Position numbers and translations under genes: made by a program
Assembly (NCBI GenBank): GCA_964529775.1
Contig: CAZGXK010000001.1
Coordinates: 1 to 53,907 of the forward strand
Source: an uncultured Eubacteriales bacterium
GTDB lineage: Bacteria; Bacillota; Clostridia; Oscillospirales; Acutalibacteraceae
Length of the DNA: 53,907 nucleotides
Direction of reading: 5' to 3'
Shown here: positions 40,144 through 47,402 of the stretch, piece by piece
Position numbering within the stretch: position 1 is the first letter of the stretch
How the letters are laid out: the number at the start of each line of letters is the position of its first letter
The notes under the pieces: generated by a model
The model's input: the letters and a program-made list of their open reading frames with translations, nothing else
The model's database searches: none
What the model was told of the DNA's origin: nothing

Positions 40144-41874
40144 CTACGCGGCGGACGGCTGGACCGGCTCGCTCTGCGGCGCCTCCTCGACGGCGATCGA
40201 CGTCACCGTGCAGAGCTCGTCCGGGGACTGCTCCCACGCCTCGGCGTCCGCCACCCGAAGGGTGACCGTGTCGCCTGGGGAGGCGAAGGGGAGCGCGGGC
40301 GAGAGCGAGAGGGAGGCGCGGTAGATGTGCGGGTCGTCTTGCAGACGCAGGTAGTAGTTGGTGGTGCCGTCGAGGACGGCGGTGGAGATCTCGGCGACGG
40401 TGCCGGAAACTTCTTTTGTTCCCGTCTCCCCCGGTGAGATGTCGTCGATGTCCTCCGACTGGGCGAGTTTCTCGCGGTAGGCGACGCTCGCCCCGCTCAC
40501 CGTGTCCCCGGTGCCCACGATTTGATACCGCTGCACATCCACAAAGGCGTACATCTTCACGAGCCCCGAGGCGTCTTTGAGGGACATGAAATAGGTGGGC
40601 CGGTCGGCCACGTTGAGCAGAAGCGGGAAGGTCGCCTGATAATTGAGGTGCTGCACCTGCCCCTCGGCCGAGGCCATCGCGGAATATTCCTCCGCGCCCG
40701 GCACGGTGTAGAAATGGGTCTCTTTGGTGCGCATATTCACCAGCACAAAGCCGATGTTGGATTCGTCCGCGGTGGCGGAGGTCATGCCGGTGTAGAGGTA
40801 GACGTCGTCGTTGTTCGCGATGTAGTTGTATCCCTCGGTGACGAGGCGCACGCCGCGCTGCCCGAAGTAGGCGTTGATGAAGCCGTCCTGGAACTGGCCG
40901 TTCCAATCCAGCTGCCGCACGATGAGGTCCGCGTCGAACACCCTGTCCACCCACTGCGGGATTTCCGCGAGCGTGTAATACTGGGATTCGCCGGTGATGG
41001 CGTTGCACAGTACCGCACCCTCCACATCGATGCCGCTCCACAGCGCGATGCGGTAGGTCATGGTGGGGGCGATCCAGTAGGGGGTGCCGGTGTCGTCGAC
41101 CTCAAACAGCACGTTGCCGAAAATTTTGGTGGGGTAGGCGAAACGCAGATGGCGCGAGATGTTGCGCAGGAACAGCTCGCTCTCGGAATAGCGGATCTGG
41201 CTGCCCTGCGGCAGGCGCACCAGAGTGGTCTCCTGAGTGGCCATATCCACGCTGATGTAGCCGGGGATGCCGGAGGACTGGTTGTTCCACCACTTGAAGA
41301 AATCGGCGTAGACGAGAGGGGTCACCCGCACGGGGCGGCCGTTGACGTTGATTTGGGTGTAGTCGTCGGAGATCTCAAACTGCGAGACGAGGTCCGGTAT
41401 GGTGCCGAGCTGGCGCTGGCCGAGCTGTTCCGCCATGTCTTTGTCCACCACAGGGATCTGGGACATCGAGAGCTCGGCGACCTCGGAGGCGAAATTGCCC
41501 TCGCTGATGGTGATCAAATCGCGGTAGGCGTTCGCGTGAAAGATCTCCGCCCCCGCCAGATCCCCCAGCAGCAGCACCGCGACAATCACGAGCGCCACGG
41601 CCGCCACCCGGAAGGGGGCGCGCTTTAAAAGGGCGCGTATGTCGGGGGCGTGAAAGGAGAAGGTGCCGTCCGCCGTGCCGGTGGCAACGCCGCGCAGGAA
41701 GCGGAGAATTTTGCCCGCCTCAAAGCACACCAGCCACACGATCAGCAGCGTGATCACAAACCGCCAGAAGAGCGGGGAGCGCAGATGGATGGGCGGCAGC
41801 GAGAACCAGTAGAAAAGAAAAGAGATGAGCAGAGCCGCCAGTGTGCTGAGGAGATACGAGACCGATTTTTTCAC
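40144..41874 (-). CDS. conserved membrane protein of unknown function (3 N-terminal TM helices plus a large extracytoplasmic domain)
   Basis: GTG start at 41874, 6 nt after AAAGGAGCG, 576 aa. Three hydrophobic helices are followed by about 430 aa of soluble domain. GC3-rich codon usage matches the neighbouring genes. Family not recognised. Confidence 0.75.
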   Translation of the reverse strand: MKKSVSYLLSTLAALLISFLFYWFSLPPIHLRSPLFWRFVITLLIVWLVCFEAGKILRFLRGVATGTADGTFSFHAPDIRALLKRAPFRVAAVALVIVAVLLLGDLAGAEIFHANAYRDLITISEGNFASEVAELSMSQIPVVDKDMAEQLGQRQLGTIPDLVSQFEISDDYTQINVNGRPVRVTPLVYADFFKWWNNQSSGIPGYISVDMATQETTLVRLPQGSQIRYSESELFLRNISRHLRFAYPTKIFGNVLFEVDDTGTPYWIAPTMTYRIALWSGIDVEGAVLCNAITGESQYYTLAEIPQWVDRVFDADLIVRQLDWNGQFQDGFINAYFGQRGVRLVTEGYNYIANNDDVYLYTGMTSATADESNIGFVLVNMRTKETHFYTVPGAEEYSAMASAEGQVQHLNYQATFPLLLNVADRPTYFMSLKDASGLVKMYAFVDVQRYQIVGTGDTVSGASVAYREKLAQSEDIDDISPGETGTKEVSGTVAEISTAVLDGTTNYYLRLQDDPHIYRASLSLSPALPFASPGDTVTLRVADAEAWEQSPDELCTVTSIAVEEAPQSEPVQPSAA

Positions 41875-41892
41875 GTTTTTCGCTCCTTTCAC

Positions 41893-41921
41893 TTGACAAT
41901 GCGGGAAAAGTGCGGTATACT
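41893..41921 (+). promoter_or_regulatory. promoter P1 (TTGACA-17 nt-TATACT)
   Basis: TTGACA at 41893-41898 and TATACT at 41916-41921. Reads rightwards, towards and antisense to the XRE gene. Confidence 0.65.
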
Positions 41922-41927
41922 TAATAA

Positions 41928-41941
41928 CGAACAAATGTTCT
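41928..41941. promoter_or_regulatory. LexA (Cheo/SOS) box 1
   Basis: CGAACAAATGTTCT matches the Gram-positive LexA consensus CGAACRNRYGTTYC at 13 of 14 positions. It begins 7 nt after the -10 of P1. Confidence 0.7.
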
Positions 41942-41963
41942 GTTAAGGGAGGCGAGCGGCGGC

Positions 41964-42152
41964 TTGGAGAAGGCAAAAGAGAGCGCGGTGCCGGACGGCG
42001 GAGAAGCGGACGGGTCGCGCCTGTCGGTGCTTGCGCGCGCCGTGGAAGACGCCGCGGGCGGATGTCCGGACGTCGCCGCGCGGATCATCGAGGCTCTGGT
42101 GAGGGATATCGGTCAATCGGCATCGAGCAGGGATTTGAGGCGGGAGAGGTAA
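41964..42152 (+). CDS. small hypothetical protein (62 aa), candidate SOS-induced factor
   Basis: TTG start 12 nt after AAGGGAGG. GC3-rich codons. Helical-looking sequence SRLSVLARAVEDAAGGCPDVAARIIEALVRDIG. Overlaps the 3' end of the convergent XRE gene by 40 nt. Coding status is uncertain. Confidence 0.35.
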   Translation: MEKAKESAVPDGGEADGSRLSVLARAVEDAAGGCPDVAARIIEALVRDIGQSASSRDLRRER

Positions 42153-42454
42153 TCGTCGAGCTGCTCCTGCGTGAGATCCTCCCCCTTTTTGAGAATTCCG
42201 TGTGAGCGGAACGCCTCGCTCAGCAGCGAGAGCGCGGTCGGCTCGTCCTCGCCGAGCAGCCACGCCGGCGTGACGCAGAGCGCGCGGGCGATCTTCTCCA
42301 GACGGTCCGCCGGTATCTTCGAGACGGTGCCTGCCTCATAGCGCTGAAGCACCGATTTGGCATAGCCTGTCCGCGCGGAGAGCTCGCCGAATGTCAGCCC
42401 CGCGGCCCGGCGCGCTTCTTTGAGCCGGGCGGGAATCGGCCGACTGTTCTCCAT
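42113..42454 (-). CDS. XRE/cI-type helix-turn-helix repressor (no S24 peptidase domain)
   Basis: Start at ATG 42454, 113 aa. IPARLKEARRAAGLTFGELSARTGYAKSVLQRYEAGTVSKIPADRLEKIARALCVTPAWLLG is a classical HTH_XRE, followed by a 45-aa tail only. Confidence 0.88.
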   Translation of the reverse strand: MENSRPIPARLKEARRAAGLTFGELSARTGYAKSVLQRYEAGTVSKIPADRLEKIARALCVTPAWLLGEDEPTALSLLSEAFRSHGILKKGEDLTQEQLDDYLSRLKSLLDAD

Positions 42455-42493
42455 GCTATTCACCGCCCCCGTGCGAAAATTCCCGTCCCTTTG

Positions 42494-42522
42494 ATTATAG
42501 CAAATGATGCCCGCTTTTTCAA
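42494..42522 (-). promoter_or_regulatory. promoter of the XRE repressor gene (TTGAAA-17 nt-TATAAT on the minus strand)
   Basis: The reverse complement reads TTGAAA (42522-42517), a 17-nt spacer, and TATAAT (42499-42494). It lies about 40 nt upstream of the XRE start and is divergent from P2. Confidence 0.7.
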
Positions 42523-42550
42523 CCGAAACGCAAAATTTTCCGAAAAGGGC

Positions 42551-42579
42551 TTGACAAAAAACGAAAAATGTGGTATAAT
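42551..42579 (+). promoter_or_regulatory. promoter P2 (TTGACA-17 nt-TATAAT with TG extension)
   Basis: TTGACA at 42551-42556, a spacer ending in TGTGG, and TATAAT at 42574-42579. The sequence is clearly paralogous to P1. Confidence 0.8.
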
Positions 42580-42585
42580 AAGGGA

Positions 42586-42599
42586 CGAACAAACGTTCT
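42586..42599. promoter_or_regulatory. LexA (Cheo/SOS) box 2
   Basis: CGAACAAACGTTCT differs from box 1 at a single position. It begins 7 nt after the -10 of P2, the same geometry as at P1. Confidence 0.72.
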
Positions 42600-43170
42600 T
42601 TATAGAGGACGGTCTCCCTCCGCTTCGGGCGGTCGCCGAAGGATATCCGGGGGCCCGGAAGGCGGACAAGAGGGGTTCGTCTGTTTCATGCGTCCCGAAA
42701 ACGGGACGGCATGGGAGAGAGAGGCACGAAAACCCAAGGGGGAAGTCCGCACGGATGCCGCTGATGAAGAGGAGCGCGGATTGAGTGTTCCGAAAATGGG
42801 ACAGCAGCGACGGGCCGGGCGGCGATGAGCCGAGGGCGAGGGGTATTCGCGCGGGCTTTGCCTTTCCCCGTGCTTTGAGGAATCCGAGCGGCCGAAGCGC
42901 GCGGGGCAGGGGGGAGAAGAGCGCTCCGTGCCCGATGCGGGCGGACTTTGCCCGGAAGGCCGCTGTTTGCATGGGAGTTTCGCGGATAACGGGACTCCCT
43001 TTGGGTGAGAACGGGGAAAGGCGGCGCTGCACACGGAGTGGCCGCTCCATACCCCAGGCGTTTGCGCCCCCCTGAACCCGCGGCGCGAAAGGCGCGGGCA
43101 GGGGGAAAAAAGAGGATATTTCAGAGAGACCATCGAGAATATTTTATCGGCGGTGTCCTCACACCACCGA
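42600..43170 (+). ncRNA. candidate large structured non-coding RNA or long structured leader (about 570 nt)
   Basis: No credible ORF in any frame; only R/G/P-rich shadow ORFs without an RBS. Many local hairpins: GTCCCG-AAAA-CGGGAC at 42692-42707, GTTCC-GAAAAT-GGGAC at 42787-42802, GGGAGT...ACTCCC at 42973-42999, and a long interrupted stem CCCCCTG..CCCGCG...CGCGGG.CAGGGGG at about 43060-43106. Class not established. Confidence 0.4.
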
Positions 43171-43183
43171 AAGAAAGGGGAGC

Positions 43184-43483
43184 ATGAGAATGATCTGCAA
43201 AGGCTGCGGGGAACGGTTGGAAGCCTGGGAGCTGGAGACGGTGAACGAATGGGTCTCGTACCGGGGAAGGGAGGTGCTGGTGCCGGTGGACACCCTCTGC
43301 CCGGTGTGCGGCGGCTCGGAGTTCGCACTGGAGGGGGAGTGCGCGGAGTGCGGGCGGATGACGGACGAAACGGCGCTGAGGGACGGGCTGTGCCCCGCCT
43401 GCGCGAGGGAGGCCGAGGAGATGTGGCGGGAGATGACCCCTGCGCAGCGAAAGTATCTGCTGGGGCTGGACGAAGGGGAATAG
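43184..43483 (+). CDS. small double zinc-ribbon protein (4 CxxC pairs)
   Basis: 99 aa after an AAAGGGGAG RBS. CKGC...CPVC and CAEC...CPAC. GC3-rich codons like the neighbouring genes. Confidence 0.65.
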   Translation: MRMICKGCGERLEAWELETVNEWVSYRGREVLVPVDTLCPVCGGSEFALEGECAECGRMTDETALRDGLCPACAREAEEMWREMTPAQRKYLLGLDEGE

Positions 43484-43954
43484 CGGACCGCTTTCGTGAT
43501 GCCGGTGCCGTTTCCCGTTTCCGATGACATCCGCCACGCGGGCGCGGCCGGGGCGCTTGAAGAATCTGCCGCTCCTGTCCTCGCCGGGGCCGTGGCGCGG
43601 ATGCTTCAGATCGGCGAATCGGCGCGGTGTTCCCGCAGGATTTTCCGGTTTGGGACGCGTGTGCCGCGGAGGGCGAGACAACCGCCGAGGACCACGGAGG
43701 CCCTCGCCATAAGGAAAAGGCACCTATTCTGACCCGTCTGTGGGGGCAGATACACGCCTGTGTGTGCTGCCTTCGGGGCAAAAGCGACGGACGGCCGCTC
43801 CCGGGGCGGGAGAAACCACAGACGCTGGACGGCCCGCTATTCGGCTTTGAGGGCACCGCCGGGCCGCTTCAAAAAGCGGCGGCCGTTCCGATGCCCGAAA
43901 ACGCGCGCCCGTGCCCCAGGGGAAGAGCACAGGGGTGAAAGGGGGAAAAGCACA

Positions 43955-44308
43955 TTGACGGACAAGCAGAAAAAATTTGCGGATGAATTTATCCGCCGGG
44001 GGGACGCGCGCGAGGCGTGGGTCGCCGCCGGGTTCAGCGGGCGCTCGGCGGAGACGTACATCCCCCGTGTGCTGGGCCGCGAGGATGTGGCGCAGTACAT
44101 CGAGAGCCGGCTCGGGGGGAGCAAGGACCCCGGCATCGCGGGCAGGACGGAGATTCTGCGGTATCTGACCCGCCTGTTGCGCGGCAGGGATACGGGGGAG
44201 CGGGAGCGCCTTCGGGCGGCGGAACTGCTCGGCAAGGGGTGCGGACTGTTCTCGGACAAGACGAGAGAGGAGAGTTCGGGAGTGACGATTGTGGATGATG
44301 TGCGATGA
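43955..44308 (+). CDS. phage terminase small subunit
   Basis: TTG start at 43955 after AAAGGGGGAAAAG, 117 aa. LTDKQKKFADEFIRRGDAREAWVAAGFSGRSAETYIPRVLGREDVAQYIESRL matches the Terminase_2-type HTH N-terminus. The stop overlaps the terL start (ATGA). Confidence 0.8.
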   Translation: MTDKQKKFADEFIRRGDAREAWVAAGFSGRSAETYIPRVLGREDVAQYIESRLGGSKDPGIAGRTEILRYLTRLLRGRDTGERERLRAAELLGKGCGLFSDKTREESSGVTIVDDVR

Positions 44309-45615
44309 ACGGGCGGACGGTGAGTCTGAGAGAGACGGTAGGGTCGGGCTACGGGGCGTTTTGGCGGTGGCGCGGGCGGTACCGCGCGGTGAAGGGCGGC
44401 CGCGCCTCCAAGAAGAGCTGCACGACGGCGCTGTGGCTGATTGTGAACATCATGCGGATGCGGGGGGCGAACGCGCTGGTGGTGCGCAGGACCTACCGCA
44501 GCCTGCGGGACAGCTGCTATGCCCAGCTGCGCTGGGCGATTCACCGCTTGCGCGCGGACGCGTGGTGGAGCGCCAGGGAGAACCCTCTGGAACTCGTCTA
44601 CAGGCCGACGGGGCAGCGCATCGCTTTCCGGGGCCTGGACGACCCCCTGAAGGTCTCCTCCATCGCGGTGGAGACGGGCAGCTTGTGCTGGCTGTGGGTG
44701 GAGGAGGCGTACGAGATCGCGAGCGAGAGCGATTTCGACACGCTGGACGAGGCGATACGCGGAGAGGTCGCGCCGCCGCTCTTCAAGCAGACGACGCTGA
44801 CTTTTAACCCGTGGAGCGGGCGGCACTGGCTGAAGGGCCGGTTTTTCGACCGGAAAAGCCCGGACGTGCTGGCGATGACGACCGATTACCGCTGCAACGA
44901 GTGGCTGGACGACGCCGACCGCGCGATGTTCCGGCGTATGGAGCGCGAAAACCCGCGTCGGTACCGGGTGGCCGGGCTCGGCGAATGGGGGATGGCGGAG
45001 GGGCTTGTCTACGACGACTGGGAGGTGGCGCCGTTTGACGTGCGGGAACTGCTCACGGGCGAGGGCGGAGAGGAAATCCGCTGCGTGTACGGGCTGGATT
45101 ACGGGTACAGCAACGACCCGACGGCGTTTATCGCGGCGGCGGCGGACGGGCGGCGCAGGAGGCTGTATATTTTCGACGAGTTCGTGGGCGCGCGCATGGT
45201 GAACAGCGAGATTGCGCGGATGATTGTGCGTAAGGGCTATCAGAAGGAGCGCATCCGGGCGGACAGCGCGGAGCCGAAGAGCAACGAGGAACTGAGGCGG
45301 CTGGGCATTTCGCGGATCACCCCCGCGCCGAAGGGGCGGGACAGCGTGCTCTACGGCATCTCGGCGCTGAGGGAATACCACATGGTGGTGCATCCCCGGT
45401 GCCGCAACACCATAGCGGAGCTTGCGAGCTACGCCTGGGAGACGCAGAGGGACGGCACCGGCGTCAACCGGCCGGCGGACCGCGACAATCACCTGATGGA
45501 CGCGCTGCGCTACGCGATGGCCGACGCGAAAAGAGGATGCCGGGCGGAGCAGTGGAGCGCGGGGCTCTTCGAGAGCGGGATCACCGCGCGCGACCTGCTT
45601 GGGAGCCGGACGTGA
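44305..45615 (+). CDS. phage terminase large subunit (PBSX-like)
   Basis: 436 aa. Walker-A-like VKGGRASKKS, Walker-B-like LCWLWVEEA, and a C-terminal nuclease region (YGLDYGYSNDPTAF, DRDNHLMDALRYA). Confidence 0.88.
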   Translation: MNGRTVSLRETVGSGYGAFWRWRGRYRAVKGGRASKKSCTTALWLIVNIMRMRGANALVVRRTYRSLRDSCYAQLRWAIHRLRADAWWSARENPLELVYRPTGQRIAFRGLDDPLKVSSIAVETGSLCWLWVEEAYEIASESDFDTLDEAIRGEVAPPLFKQTTLTFNPWSGRHWLKGRFFDRKSPDVLAMTTDYRCNEWLDDADRAMFRRMERENPRRYRVAGLGEWGMAEGLVYDDWEVAPFDVRELLTGEGGEEIRCVYGLDYGYSNDPTAFIAAAADGRRRRLYIFDEFVGARMVNSEIARMIVRKGYQKERIRADSAEPKSNEELRRLGISRITPAPKGRDSVLYGISALREYHMVVHPRCRNTIAELASYAWETQRDGTGVNRPADRDNHLMDALRYAMADAKRGCRAEQWSAGLFESGITARDLLGSRT

Positions 45616-45636
45616 CAAAAGAAGGAGGAAGGCCGA

Positions 45637-45816
45637 ATGAAGGTGGCGATACTGGCGGCGATGTTTTTGCTGACGGGCGGCGGCGCGCTGCTGGCGCGGA
45701 GAGCGCGCGGGCGGCGGAAAAGGGCGGTTCCCCCGCCGGGGGAGCCGAGCCGCGAAGAGCGGTATATGATGAATTTCCTGCGGTATGACGGCACGCCGCA
45801 GGAGGAGGTGAGATGA
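45637..45816 (+). CDS. small membrane protein (59 aa), hypothetical
   Basis: Not in the track because it is under 60 aa. GAAGGAGGAAGG RBS, then ATG 45637: MKVAILAAMFLLTGGGALLARRARGRRKR... The stop at 45814-45816 overlaps the portal ATG at 45813. Confidence 0.5.
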   Translation: MKVAILAAMFLLTGGGALLARRARGRRKRAVPPPGEPSREERYMMNFLRYDGTPQEEVR

Positions 45817-47402
45817 TGGACGGCAGGGCGAGGGAGATTTTCCGGGAGTACGACGAGGGGGTGAGGTACAAGGCGTCGCTCGGGGAGCTGGGGCTTGTGG
45901 AGCAGGGGAAGCGAAACGAGCGGTTTTACCTGGGCGATCAGTGGCACGGGGCGCAGTGCGGCGGAGAGCGTCCGCTGGTGCGGTACAACGTGATCAAGCG
46001 GATCGGCGACTACAAGACGGCGATGGTGAGCGGCGCGCCGATGCGGGTGAGCTATTACGCCGAGGGGGAACCCGACGGGGACGGGCGGGGCGGGACGCCG
46101 TCTTCCGGCTCGGGAGAACGGAATGTGGCGGAGGCGCTGGGGGATTTATCCGCCTATTTTGACGCGAGTGCGCAGAGACTGGGGCTTGACGAGATGCGCG
46201 AGAGGGTGCTGCGCGACGCGTTTATCCGGGGCACCGCGTTTCTCTACACCTACTGGGATTCGGACGTGCCCACCGGGTTGTATGCCGACGCCGGGCGAAC
46301 CGTGCCGGTGCGCGGGGACATCGCCTGCGAGACGCTGGACATCGAGCAGGTGACGATGGGCGATCCCGGGCAGGAGGACATCCAAAAGCAGCCGTACCTG
46401 CTGATCTCTCAGCGCCTTCCCCTCGCCCGGGTGAGAGAGCGGGCGGAAGAATACGGGCTGCCCCCGGCGCGGAGGGACGCTATCCGCCCGGACGCGCCGT
46501 CTTCCCCCGCGGGGGACGGCGGGACGGCGACCGTGGTCACCCGTCTTTGGAAAACCGGGCGCGGGGACGGCGTGCGGGTGATGGCCGCGCAGGCGACCAG
46601 GGAGGTAATGCTGAGGGAGCCGTGGAATCTCGGGATTCGCCGCTACCCCTTAAGCGTGTTTCGCTGGGAGTGCGGACAGGGTCTCGCCTACGGGGAGAGC
46701 GAGGTGACGCATCTCATCCCGAACCAGATCGCGATCAACCGTCTGCTCACCGCGAACGTGTGGGCGGGCATGATGACGGGGGCACCGATCACCGTGGTGA
46801 ACGGGGACGTGGTGCAGGGGCCGGTGACCAACGACCCCGGTCAGGTGCTGAAAGTGTTCGGCTCGGCGGAGGAGGTCGGCGGCGCCGTCCGCTATGTCTC
46901 CCCTCCGGACACCTCCTCGGGGCTGCTGCGCACCGTCGCCTCTCTGATTGGGGACACCCTCTCGAACGCGGGGGCGAACGAGGCGGCGCTCGGGGATGTG
47001 AAGGCGGAAAACGCCGCCGCGATTCTCGCGCTTCAGGAGGCGGCGTCGCTGCCGCTGCAATCGGTACAGCGCCGTTTCACCCGTTTTATGCGGGACGTCG
47101 CCCTCACCTGGGCGGAGTTCTGGGTGATGACCTACGGCGCGAGGCCCCTGAGGGTCGGCGGCCGGTACCGGCCGTTTGACGGCAGGCTCTACCGCGATTT
47201 GGTGCTGCGCGCGAGAGTGGAGGTGACGGGCTCGCCCCTGTGGGCGCGCTCTCAGATGCAGGCGGCGTTGGATAAGCTGCTGGACGGCGGCTGGATTGGC
47301 GGGGCGGACTATATCGCCCACCTGCCGGGGTGCGCTCTGCCGGGGCAGCGGGAGCTGTTGCGGACGCTGAGGGAGAAAGAAGGCAAGGAGGTCAGGGCAT
47401 GA
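45813..47402 (+). CDS. phage portal protein
   Basis: 529 aa directly after terL. N-terminal NERFYLGDQW-type segment, plus size and position typical of SPP1-like portals. Confidence 0.78.
   Translation: MMDGRAREIFREYDEGVRYKASLGELGLVEQGKRNERFYLGDQWHGAQCGGERPLVRYNVIKRIGDYKTAMVSGAPMRVSYYAEGEPDGDGRGGTPSSGSGERNVAEALGDLSAYFDASAQRLGLDEMRERVLRDAFIRGTAFLYTYWDSDVPTGLYADAGRTVPVRGDIACETLDIEQVTMGDPGQEDIQKQPYLLISQRLPLARVRERAEEYGLPPARRDAIRPDAPSSPAGDGGTATVVTRLWKTGRGDGVRVMAAQATREVMLREPWNLGIRRYPLSVFRWECGQGLAYGESEVTHLIPNQIAINRLLTANVWAGMMTGAPITVVNGDVVQGPVTNDPGQVLKVFGSAEEVGGAVRYVSPPDTSSGLLRTVASLIGDTLSNAGANEAALGDVKAENAAAILALQEAASLPLQSVQRRFTRFMRDVALTWAEFWVMTYGARPLRVGGRYRPFDGRLYRDLVLRARVEVTGSPLWARSQMQAALDKLLDGGWIGGADYIAHLPGCALPGQRELLRTLREKEGKEVRA

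Noticed and set aside
42735-42760. GGGGAAGTCCGCACGG resembles the RNase P P4 strand (GGAAAGTCCGGGC).
   Set aside because: The other universally conserved RNase P elements (GGGTGAAA-type J11/12 and the ACAGAAnCCGGCTTA 3' strand of P4) are absent. The context, downstream of a LexA-controlled phage promoter, is also wrong for a housekeeping RNase P.
42600-43856. 418-aa minus-strand ORF covering the two untranslated intervals and the zinc-ribbon gene.
   Set aside because: The product is extremely Pro/Arg/Ser-rich and low in complexity. It has no RBS and no domain-like segment, and it lies antisense to a well-formed small gene. I treat it as a shadow frame.
43627-43938. 103-aa GTG-initiated ORF just upstream of terS as a possible extra phage gene.
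   Set aside because: It has no RBS and its GC3 is visibly lower than in neighbouring genes. The sequence is Pro/Arg/Gly-rich without secondary-structure character. I kept it only as an alternative under the 43484-43954 finding.
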